Of a stretch of DNA of 64,000 nucleotides, positions 48,747 through 60,041 are shown in pieces; positions within the stretch are counted from its first letter, which is position 1, and each line of letters opens with the position of its first letter. The stretch lies in assembly GCA_013265495.1 (NCBI GenBank), contig MU060547.1:5671678-5735677 (forward strand). The letters are read 5' to 3'. Source of the DNA: Vicugna vicugna. Taxonomy: Eukaryota. The notes beneath the pieces are model-generated. The model was not told where the DNA came from. It saw only the letters and a program-made list of their open reading frames with translations, and searched no databases. A program made the position numbers and the translations under genes.

Positions 48747-50828
48747 AAGACGTCCCTCATTTTTTTCTGTATTGAAATAACCCATGGGTTTTTACAGGTT
48801 AAAGTTTGTACTTTATCTGTATCTAGGCAGTCTCTTTCAGTAATAAATCAATTCAAGATATATAACAGGAGCCTGAATTTCAGTTAAGCTGGAATGTTTT
48901 AAAAAGAAAAGGAAATAGTGTGCACTTCTGAGGCTCCACATTGTAAGTTTAAAAAAAAATCTGCACTCCTGGACACTGTTTGAACCCAGAGTTTCATGCT
49001 TAGACAGTCTACAACTAGACAAACTTGACAAGGACAAAATGGGTCAAAAGTGTCATTTCTTAGGAATAATTAGAATCATCTAATGTGGATAAAAGAGGTC
49101 AAAGTAGCATCCACTTCTCACTAACCTTTGGAGTTACTGGACCGACAAAGGAGGTAGCCTTCAATAAATGTTTATACTCAAGCCAAAAGGTTAATGGAGA
49201 TAAAAGTAGGCAGCCCAAAGGTAAAGAATGGAGGATAATTCTAACCCAAGAAACTGGTGACATAATGCTGTCTTAGGGATTCCAAATTTTGCTGGAAATA
49301 TTTGTTGAACATTTCCAAACTAAGGCTTACAAAGAACTAGAAGTCTTAGGAAAATCTGACCCATGAGAAGAGCCTGACATTACAGCCTTTAAAAAAAAAC
49401 TGAGAAGTGGCATTTGATGGAAAAACTGGCCTCCACTGATGTTAGTTTGGGAAATATAACAAGATCTCATTAGAGAATCTCAAGCCAATGCCATGAGGTG
49501 TCCTTTGACGCTGATGCAAATCCTCCTGGTGTGCTGCTCCCATAACTGGGTAACAGGTGAAAAAGGTTGGAGCTGATTGTCAAAATTCATAGCTGTTTTT
49601 TAACAATTCATAGCTGTTTCTATTCTATCAGCTATAAAAACATATTGATAGTTGATTTCGAAGAATTTCCAAATTACTATAGATATTAGATTTATATAGT
49701 TAGAACCAGAAAAGCACATATATATATTCCTGGCCTTTGGGAATGAGATGCCACCACCACTGCCAGTCTCTCCCAGCTGAATTAGTCTCTACACCTATGC
49801 GGAAAAAAAAAAAAAGTGATACTTTATGTGATTTGAACTTCTACTACCACAGGGAACATTTTACATAGCAAAAATTTCAGTTAATGTATAAAAGCAGTTC
49901 TCCACACTGGAATTAAATTCAAATTCAACCTGACAGTCGTGAAAACATTGTATCTCTCTCCTTTTAACTGTGTGAAGTCTCTAGTGACAGTGAGCTTGAA
50001 TTTAAAAATTCCCTTTATCAACAGCCTATTCTTTGGAGGCACACATAATAACTTAAAATCTTGGACCACCTGGAGTGGGGAGGGATGTCAAGTGATAATT
50101 CAAGGCCCTCCACAATTGTATTTTCTGTCATTCTGGGCATGGTATACAGCCTCCACATTACTGAATTGACTAGAACTATAAAACTTTTAGTATGATGATT
50201 TCCACCTAATTAACACTGTGCTTTTTACTAAATATCTTTTTAAAAGTTATATAGGACACCTCATGAATGTTTGAGCTTGATGCTACTGAGGTAAAGGCTT
50301 TTATTTTTCCCTTCAGAAAATTAGAGTACCATTTTAAATGACATAAACAGAATCACTGTACTGCATGTGGTCTCAAAGGGTCAAGTTATTTGTGTGAGGA
50401 TGTAGAAAAAGCTTCTCAGTGATGACACTTGAATATTCTTCATGACTGATTAACGCCAGACATCATTCAACATGACCAGGCATGTCATGTGCTTCCATTA
50501 AAATCAGATGCTTCCCTTTAAAACAGAGTAAAATGTCCATTGAGCTACACTGAGATGTCCCTTGAATGAGAAATGCAGTCTTTCCTTTTTTTGCCATGTC
50601 CAAAAACATGGTGTGTGTGCAAGTTCCACATGAAGATTTAAAGAAGTAACTTTAAGAACTTCCAAACTCATACCAAATATCTTACCTACAGCTGCTATTT
50701 AGGAAGCAACAAAACAACTTACTAAAATTTATCAAATTTATGTCACTTGAAAAAAATCTGGTGTGTTAGACACATTTTCAAACTCAAGTTCAAAGAAATT
50801 AAGAATACATTTCAATTAGAAAATATAT

Positions 50829-51225
50829 GACGGACCTGGAGATTGTCATTCTAAGTAAAGTAAGCCAGAAAGAGAAAGAAAAATACCACACGATATCACT
50901 TATTTGTGGACTCTGAAAATAAAGACAAATGAACTTATTTACAAAACAGAAACAGGCTCACAGACATAGAAAACAAACTTATGGTTACCAGAGAGGGGAG
51001 GGAGTGGGAAGGGGTAAATTGGGAGTTTGAGGTTTGCAGGTACTAACCACTACTACTATATATCAATAAATAAACAACAAGTTCACAGTGTCACAGGGAA
51101 CTATATTCAATATCTTGTAGTAACCTATAATGAAAAAGAATATGAAAATGAACATATGTAGGTATATGTATGACTGAACTATTATGCTGTACACCAGAAA
51201 TTGTAACTGACTATACTTTAATTTT
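50829..51225 (+). mobile_element. L1 3' end (ORF2 C-terminus plus 3' UTR)
   Basis: ggacctggagattgtcattctaagtaaagtaagccagaaagagaaag..cacagacatagaaaacaaacttatggttacc..gctgtacaccagaaattgtaactgactatacttta. Flanked by aaaatatat (50820-50828 and 51227-51235). Confidence 0.9.
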
Positions 51226-51238
51226 AAAAATATATATA

Positions 51239-51365
51239 GTAGCTCAAAGGGAAAAAAAAATGTTGACAATGGATATATGTAAGTTCATGTATAACTGAAA
51301 AATTGTGCTCTACACTAGAATTTGACACAACATTGTAAAATGACTATAACTCAATAAAAAATGTA
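51239..51365 (+). mobile_element. Very short second L1 3' end nested in the tail of the first
   Basis: atgtataactgaaaaattgtgctctacactagaatttgacacaacattgtaaaatgactataactcaataaaaa. 13-bp TSD aaaaatatatata at 51226-51238 and 51366-51378. Confidence 0.8.
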
Positions 51366-51370
51366 AAAAA

Positions 51371-51421
51371 TATATATATACACGTGTGTGTGTGTGTGTG
51401 TGTGTATTATATATATATATA
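51371..51421. repeat. Compound (TA)n-(GT)11-(AT)n microsatellite
   Basis: Read directly, at the L1 tail. Confidence 0.9.
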
Positions 51422-52399
51422 AAGTCTAAGTGGAAGGACATCAGACATGCGCTATCATGAGAACCACTACATGATACCATTAGGCACAGAACAGATTTAT
51501 GAATGGAAATCCCAGGAAGGTTTCATTAGAAGAATGTTTTTCATGAGCACAGCTCTACAAAATATCACTTAAGGACAGCAGGAGAGTGAAATTCTAGAGA
51601 ACTTCAGTGAACAAATGTCTTCAGGTTCACTGTGGTATGTGGGATCTCATATGCGATAAGAGACTTTTCAGAAACAAAATGAGTGTGAAATAAAATGATA
51701 GAATTCTTGGCTACTACATCCATACTCCTTATGTCAAAGACAGTTTTATCTCTAGGAACCAAAAATTTAAATAAGCATTATCTCTGAGGTATATTTGCTT
51801 TTAGTTCTCAAAATTGTTGAAACACATTATCTTAACATGAGTCACTGCTTAAATATAGGAATCTTAGTATAAGAAATAATGATCTTTTAGGAAAGGGAAC
51901 ACAAATAGCTCCATATACACAGGTCATTAAAACAATCTCTTTACTTCCAAACAGAAAGCATCATTTCGTGATATTTAGAACAATAATACAAAATCATCAT
52001 TCCAGACTAAAGATACAAATACTTCATTTTTCGAATGGGAAGAATCTTTAAATGAGTAATAAACATCTAAGTTATCCAGGTATTTATTATACTTTCATTT
52101 TCAAAAAAAAAAGAATAGACTCATTTCTCTTTCCCTTTTGCCAACTTCACTCCCACAGCCTCATCTGCTCTCCACATACATTTGGCTCCAAGGAGGAACA
52201 ACTCCCTCCAAGCTGGCAGCCATTAGCTTCAACCTTGTATTTCATACAGCTCTGGAAGTCACGGAGTGTTTAAGGAGTGTTGTTTCGCTCCTGGCAGCAT
52301 TCCTGGGCTTGCACTTAGTGCAACGTGCAGGAGGGTGTCAGCGCGAAAGCCTGGGAAGGGAAGAGTAAACTGCTCCAGAGCAGCCCTCCTCACTTGAGG

Positions 52400-52530
52400 C
52401 TGTCACAGAAACCTGCTGCAGGGTTCAGGGCTCCGGAAACCCGCGGATCGGGCTGCGTGACCTGGGGCCGCTCACTCCAGGTCTCATCTCCCTTCTCTGT
52501 AAGATGATCTCCTATGTCCTTCCAGCTTGA
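52400..52530 (+). mobile_element. MIR-like fragment, unusually CpG-rich
   Basis: ggctgcgtgacctggggccgctcactccaggtctcatctcccttctctgtaagatg aligns loosely with the MIR core gctgtgtgaccttgggcaagtcact..tttcctcatctgtaaaatg. Confidence 0.55.
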
Positions 52531-53206
52531 CAACAATATCATTAGAAGCTTTCCTACTACAGAATTTTCATCAAGTCTCAACTCAGACCTTGAGTGTGGA
52601 AAAGAAATATGAAAATTCAACACACTGGTCTTATACTTCAGAAAATGCTACTATTTTTATTAGTGAAGCAGTAAATGAAGCCATTCATCATTTACTTTAT
52701 TTCATTAATTTATTTTCCCTGGGTATTTTAATTCATAAGAAAATGGTGTGGTCAGGAAAAGTGGCATGGTCAAAAAAAAAAATGTTTGTATAAAGAATTC
52801 AGAGCGTGTGCAACAGATAAATAGCCATTCAATTATCAATGACAATATACCTTAAAAAGAGGTAAATTCTACTCAGTAGTGTCCTTTTGAGAATTACCCC
52901 ACAGGCACTCTGTGGAAGAAGGAGAAAGCTGTATCCTGCACAAAGCCATCCTCAGACACTGAGATCTGTATGTCCCTCAAGCATTAATCCACTGCAATAT
53001 GTAATGAATCTTTCAGCCACCTTTTAGACTGCCTCCTGACTATTATCGTTTTAGCCAATCTGAAGGCGAAAAAAGGCATTCCTGATATTAATAATATAGC
53101 AAAATTTAAAAACAAATATAAAAGTTTCTTTCTCTTTTAATTACATGATGCTTTCAGGATTTGCACCCTTATTTCCCTCTGTAACCAAAAATCATTAAGA
53201 ACTCAC

Positions 53207-53280
53207 CTACATTTTTAACTTAAAATGTCCCTGATATGATATTTGAAATGATGAACTGATGGGAAGAGTCTACGGCAAGA
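53207..53280 (-). other. Candidate non-coding exon or pseudoexon (74 nt)
   Basis: Strong acceptor ctccttattcctgttcttccag and donor TAG|gtgagt, with stops in all three frames. Confidence 0.25.
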
Positions 53281-54799
53281 CTGGAAGAACAGGAATAAGG
53301 AGCATTTCCCCCTCCAAAAAGAAAGCAAAAGATGAAATAGTTGAATTAAATACTAAGTGCTGTGATAAATCTAGTACCTCCCTTGGGAAAGCAGATTTTT
53401 ATGAGACAAGTTATCGAAAGTTGCGCACAAAAAATTCTTGGCAAACTAGTTGGCAGAAGTGTGAAGGTGCTACAGACTAAAGTCGAACAAAGCTTATCTA
53501 ATCTGTGAGATGCTTTAATAACAAATATCACAAATACTTAAATTAAGTATTTAAAGTAAGACTCTGACCATGAGGGTAGTTTTCAATATTTTTCTTTCCA
53601 AATCAACAGATGCAGAAGGACTACACTAATTCTGCACTTTCAGAGAATAAAAGTTAAGTGCTGCCCCTGGAGGTTGGCCCTCCCTTCCGGAATCAGTTGC
53701 CTTGCTTTCCATGGGGAAGAACAATGAAAAGAGAACCAACCAATGAAACCGATTCACCTCTACCTGCTCTCGGTCAGGGGACCTTTGTTCAGCATGGAAG
53801 TCACTCTGGGACAACTACAGGAACATGCTATGAAGTCAGAACCAATTAAATAAACCTTCATTAATACTGCCACTAGACAAGCTCCTCAAACCATGTTCTT
53901 TATAAAAGAAGTAGAAATATGAATAAAAGCATCAATGTGTATGCTTTGAGTACTACATTTAGTTGTGTGTGAATGATATTAAAACTTGAAATAAGTTTGC
54001 TTACATGGTTCAGATATGGTTTTTGTCACATAAATGATATAATCTTATGTATAAAGTCATTCCAGTTATTAACAAGTGATCAGCATTTAAAAAGTCTATA
54101 CCATTTCTATTTTGAGTGACTTATTTAGGTTATTTTCCTTTTAAATTAATCACTTTATACTTTATTAGACATTAAGTATATTCATTATTCATTCAATAAA
54201 CATTTATTAAATATCTACTATATAGAAAATGCTAAAAATAGATAATGAGTTTCACTTCCTCTAGATGGTCACAAGGTATTGAAACTAAAAATATCTAAAT
54301 GATATACACAGAGAGTTAAATCAATATTAATAACCAAGCTCATTATATTTTAAATGTATTTCTGATACATTTGGAAATCGCAATGCATATTTGATGGTCT
54401 ATGACTAAATAAAGCACAGCAACAGCTGAGAATTGGTCAATGGATTCATATTAAGGGAGCTTCATGAGAGTCAGGATTAAACTTTAATTTTAAAGTGAAA
54501 AACACTGAAGCTTTCTCCAATTTTGAAAGTCTACAAAATATGGTTTATATTTAAAAAAATTACATCTAAAACTTAAAGTCTTTTATATACATATTTTGGG
54601 TTAAGCCATGCACTTCCACTTCTATCAAACATCAGTCTACTATACACATATTTAATTATCCTTGCTGCTAAATAAAATATATCATAAACATACACTGAAA
54701 AATGTATTTCAAAAATTGAAATATTTGGGGGAATATAGCCAAGAAGAATTATTTGCATATTTTTGTAAGTGTATGCTCATTATCCTGCTTAATATGCTT

Positions 54800-55080
54800 T
54801 ATTAATAGTCAAGAGATGGTTTAAAAACTTGTACTTTGGTGTGAAGCTGATTGAGTTTGAATTCGAATACTTAGTAGCTGCTGTACAACCTCGGGCAAAT
54901 TGCTTAACTGCTGTGTCTCAGTTTCTGCATCTCTAAAATAAGTATTTTAAATAAGTAAATAAGTATTTTAATAAAAGTATTCATGTCATAGGATTATTCT
55001 GAGGATGAAATGAGTTAATGTTTGTAATGGGCTTAAAGCAGCACCTGCATATTCTTTCTATGCAAGTGTCTGGCTAATAT
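54800..55080 (+). mobile_element. MIR with an internal duplication of about 21 bp
   Basis: gagtttgaattcgaatacttagtagctg..cctcgggcaaattgcttaactg..ctcagtttctgcatctctaaaata..gaggatgaaatgagttaatg. Confidence 0.85.
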
Positions 55081-55199
55081 TTCTAATACTCCTAAAGAAA
55101 TATGTTTCCACAGAAATGAAGAATTTCCAGTAAAACAAGAATTTTGGCTGGGTGAAAAAGTGACACATTGCTCTAATACGTGATTTATAACATTTTGTA

Positions 55200-55390
55200 A
55201 GGCATTAACCATGTGCTAAAATTTTAGGTGCTACATTAACTTATAAATTATTTTTTGCAACAATTTTATGGAAGATATCATTATGCCCACTTTACATAAG
55301 CAAAAACTGAGACTCTAAAATGTTAAACAGCTTTTCCAAATTCACATTGCTAAAAACTGCCTTAACATGAACCTCCTTCTGTTTTCCTCT
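55200..55390 (-). mobile_element. MIR
   Basis: tatcattatgcccactttacataagcaaaaactgagactc..gttaaacagcttttccaaattcaca. Confidence 0.7.
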
Positions 55391-56539
55391 CAGCAGATCT
55401 ATAAGAAACTAAATTCTTTCCACAGTGTTAAAGCAGTAAGAGTCTTCTCAGGAATTGTGTTAAATATCAATTCTTCACATCCATGAAAACTAGTTTAAAT
55501 GATCTTCCATGAATCAGTGGTTAGAGGTTTCTGTTTTACATTATGCATGATTCCTAGCTGCACTTTGTATAAGCTAATTGCATGGTGCCTCATTAATAAT
55601 CTTCAGGGTTTTTTGAGCTGTGAAATTTATAGCTCTGTAGTGAATTATTTCTCACATTTGCACCGTTTTGGGTCTTGAAAGTCTAGTTGAGATACTAAAT
55701 ACCAACATCAGGCATCAAGTAGGTATAAGAGGAATAGAATTTAACATACTCTAGAGGTAGGATATAAAAAATATTGAAAAGCAGATACTATTTTTCCATA
55801 CTCTTAATTTTAGGACTGCAGCTAGTTTTCTACCTGTAGAAATGAATAGAACTTACAATGCATAAAAAACAGCCTCTATCAAAAGTTTCTAATCACAAGC
55901 AGAATGCACGATGAGATCCACGATGTTCTGAGGCTAAAATTCACTCAAGTCAGCACTGATTGGGCAAGAGCAAAGGAAGAACAGATTCTCTGGGTGTTCG
56001 ACTGCTCAGCAGACATAGTTGGGCCTCACTGTAGTTAGTACTTTCTGGTTAGACATCGGCATGCAACCTAGGCTGCAAGGTATACAGAGGCCCTTCCTGC
56101 CTGGCAGGTCAGTTTCACTCTTCAGAACCTCTGGATGGAGCCACTTAAGGGATCTAAACTGCCTTGGGAAGTCTGGGCTCACTGGAGGAGTCTCCACTTA
56201 CAGAAGTTACCTCGGTCTGGGTTTAGTTAGCACATTCCTTACTTTGGTACTGCTCACAGGTAGCCTGGGTCAAAACACAGAGCAGTTTTATCTGCCAGCA
56301 AAAGTTCAAGGTCAAGCTGGGAAGTCAAAACGAGATCTCAGTGAAAAGCACTGGGTGGAAATACTGCAGAGGTGGGAAAAGGGGTCGTTCTTTTGACTCG
56401 ATGGGCCTGAAACCAGAGTTCCGCTATAATGCAGATATTATCTATGGTAAACTCACGACTGTGTTCTTCCACAACGTGAATGAGCACGATGAGGAAAAGA
56501 AGCAGGAACGTCAGTTTGTATAGTTATGAACTTAACAGA

Positions 56540-56790
56540 CAGGCGGTTAACACAGTGGCTAAAAGCATGGACTTGAGAGCCAGACTGCTTACATTTAAAT
56601 CCAAACTTTGCTACTCATCTATGGTGTCATCTTCATCAAGTAGTTCCACTTCTCTGTGTATCAGTTTCCTTATCTGTGAAATGGGAATAATAATACCTCA
56701 TGGGGCTGTTGTGAGGATGAAATACATTAATACCAATCACTTAGACTGACTCTCAACAAATACTAAATAGTATTCATTTATAATTATTAT
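56540..56790 (+). mobile_element. MIR
   Basis: cagtggctaaaagcatggacttgagagccagactgc..tcagtttccttatctgtgaaatgggaataataatacctcatggggctgttgtgaggatgaaat. Confidence 0.9.
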
Positions 56791-57569
56791 TCACATTGAT
56801 TTGAGAAAATAGGGAAAATTTAAGAAATGGTTAAATATCTGTGAAAAGCCCTGTGCCTATCTAAGTTATTCTATCCAGACATCAATAGAATGATCAGTGT
56901 AACCTAGATGTAAATGTGTAAGAGATTTTACTACTTAGATTAATCTAAAAAGTAAAAACCTTTTAGCCACTTAATATATTGGCTAGTGGGGAGATAACTT
57001 CACCACTTCCAGCACAATGAAAAGTTTTAATGGCAAGTCAATGTTAGTGGAATAAAATCTTACCTTGCATGATGAAAAGCTCCACTTACTGGTTATAAAA
57101 TAAGTTATTCTGTTTAAATTACTACAAATTTCTTACCTGTAGTTTTTACTAGTACCTATGAGATCTAAAGCTTTGTTTATAGGGCATTTGGGAAACGATT
57201 TGAAAAGGTTCTGGACATTGAGTTCTTAATTATGTCATTCCCCTGCCTTGGGCTCTATACTGGGAATACTGAACGAGTCCAAAACTTAGAATATGCAGGG
57301 GTTTTTTACATCATATGCTGAAACAAAGCCTTACATCCTTCAATTTAAATACCATAATCTTAATTAATCATTTAATTGTTTTAACATGTTGTCTCATTTG
57401 TCATTTACAACCAAACCAAACCAACCAAACACAAAGCAAAATCTCACGTGATTACAAAGACCATGATCCTCTCCTTGGTAATTCCTATTTCATGCTAGTT
57501 GTATATATATATTTTAAAATGCACAACATGGTAAACTGACTATAAGTCAATAAAAGAAAAAGAAGAAAA

Positions 57570-57730
57570 AAAATGATCTGAGAATTCACTAAACTTGGGT
57601 TTGGTTTAAACTATGTCACTAAGTCGTTGGATGACCTTAGTCAAATCACATCACTTCCATGAGCCCCTTTCTTACTTTTAAAGGGGACAACCAGGACTCC
57701 AGAACTTGTAGGGCACCTCTGGCTCTAGGC
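57570..57730 (+). mobile_element. MIR3-like fragment
   Basis: cttgggttttgg..tgtcactaagtcgttggatgaccttagtcaaatcac..aaaggggacaaccaggac..tggctctag. Confidence 0.55.
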
Positions 57731-57774
57731 TTTCATGTTCTCTAACCAGAAGAAACTCATGAAACAGACTTGTC

Positions 57775-58008
57775 TCCTGTTCCTCAGCCTTTTAAAATTT
57801 ATGCCCCCCTTTCTGGATGTTAAAAACACATTTATGGTCTCCTTTAATATTTAGAAATTTAAATAAGCACGGTGGCTATAAATATATTAAAGGAATCACA
57901 CACTAGTGCCTCATTCCCAGGAACAAAGACAGAGTCCCTTCAACAAAAACACATACTCTCACGTGTACTCTGTGACAAGGTTCCCCTCCCATTACTTTGA
58001 GAATCACA
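57775..58008. mobile_element. Possible old hAT-Charlie MITE
   Basis: Ends resemble Charlie TIRs (ttcctcagccttt... and ...actttgagaatcac). Interior not recognised. Confidence 0.35.
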
Positions 58009-58909
58009 AAACAGTGTCACTAATTCACACTGATACAGATTTTCCCTAATTCAACACTGCAGAAAGGAAAAGCTAAACTACAAACTCAGATGGAGTTTGT
58101 TCTGCACCTTAACATAAGCAGAGCAGAATGTCTTAATTTACTGCTCTGCCTTCCTTGTCTTTCGAGACTGCACCCCCCAGGAAGGGCAATAGCTTGAGTA
58201 TACATTTTCATGTTGTGCCATTACTGACTAACCCAAATTCCAATTTCTAAAGACCAAGACTGTAAGAGATTTTTAAACTCTCTTTACTAAATTAGATTTG
58301 TTACAATCCTTCACAGTGTTGGAAAAAGCATCCTTCCTACCATAACCACTCAATGAATATTTTGCAGTTGTCATCGGTAAGGGCACAACATATCAGATAC
58401 ATAGGTTAGCTTCCTTCTGGCTAAAATTACACTATTCTAGAACAGAGGGAAGAAAGTTTGGTAGTTCTGCACTAGAGCAGTTTAAGCTACAATAAAGTAA
58501 AATCAATGATGAGAGGCCAGTTGATAGTAAAATCTCAAGCATGAGAAAGGATATTATGTCTTTACTCATTACACATACAACTGAACGTGGATTATAAATA
58601 AACTGAAGAACTTAAAAAATCCTTCTCATTTAATTACCGTGAATAGACTAAACATACAAAACCAAACCAAATTATCTTGTAGTTTTCCCATCTTAAAAGC
58701 AAAGATTTGAGGGGGAAGGAGAAAGGGCACAGAGTGAAACTAGTGATAAAAACAAAGGGTCCAGTGGGGCTGGTGCATATAGAGTCCGCGTTCCAATAAG
58801 ACTCAACAAACAGCTCTGATCAGAATCTAAGTGATGGGAAACAGCCTGTAGCTTCGAGATTAGCTGCTTCACACTATTTCTGAGTTAAGCCAGCACAAGT
58901 AACATCATG

Positions 58910-58933
58910 AATGCATAATTATAATTATGCATT
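58910..58933. repeat. Perfect 24-bp palindrome
   Basis: aatgcataattataattatgcatt equals its own reverse complement. Confidence 0.95.
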
Positions 58934-59898
58934 TGAGTATGCATAATGATCTTAAAATCGGTAAACAAAGAAAAGGCATCAGAGTTTCTCAGCTATGTTA
59001 GGTATACTGTTACAGAAGACAAAATATGACTTAAGATTTTAGAGTGGGGTGACTCTTACTGGAACTTTGCAAACTGGAGGAAATTACTGATGAACCAGTA
59101 TTTCTTCAGAAGTCCCTTTGAGGAAATTCCACATGAACAAGTTTAGTCAAAGAAATGCAACAGAGTATTTCAAACATATGAATCCAACACTCAGGAATGC
59201 TCAGAGTTAAAATACCAGGCTTAGAGACAGAAATCATAATAAGGTTAACATCTTAAACTTCTGATATTGTCTAATAAAGTAATCCATGTCCCTGGAATTG
59301 TTTGAAAAATACAATGAACTGTGATTGGCTGATAGAAAACAGGTAAAAGAATTGAAAGATTCAGTGGACAGAATTAACTGCAAGTGAGGAATTTTTTTTT
59401 TTTGCAAATTACTAGATTCCAAAAATCTACAAGAAGCTGTGAATGTGCCCAGTTTTGACGTAAAACTATTTCCTTCCAAAATGAAGATGGAACTCCACTT
59501 TAAGGGTTGAACTTCAACTCTGAAAGGCAGTTATGCCATGTTTCAGCCTTCTATTTTTCAGGAGAAATGATTTGATATTCTGGAACCCTAATCTTTTCTC
59601 ACGGTACTATTTTTACTACTTTGCTCTGGAACTTGGCCAAGTTCTCCTCATTCCTCTTAACAGAGCCTTAAACTGAATACCCCTAACTTAATAAGGGTGT
59701 CGATAAACCTGGAAGCTAATGGGCCCTATGGGGACCTGCATGCACAGGGTTAGAGGCAAAAGATGCTTTGGAGAGAGTTTATTCTTACTCAATGAGACAA
59801 AAAATGATGTCAAAAGCTATCTGGAACTCCTTTCATCTTTTACTTTTTTCTTGCCCTTCCTGCCCACCAAAATTCAGAGAAACTCTTCAATATTCTTT

Positions 59899-60041
59899 TT
59901 TTTTAAGGTTTTTTTTGGGGGGGTCATTAGGTTTATTTTTATTTAGTTATTATTATTTTTTTAATGGAGGCACTGGGGATTGAACCCAGGACCTCATGTA
60001 TGCTAAGCATAAACTCTACCACTTGAGATATCCCCTCCCCC
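59899..60041 (-). mobile_element. tRNA-derived SINE (camelid Vic-1-like)
   Basis: Minus strand reads gggggaggggatatctcaagtggtagag...gaggtcctgggttcaatccccagtgcc. TSD aatattcttt at 59889-59898 and 60045-60054. Confidence 0.9.

Noticed and set aside
56019-56396. 125-codon plus-strand ORF
   Set aside because: Non-ATG start, no recognisable domain, no convincing splice boundaries, and a length compatible with chance.
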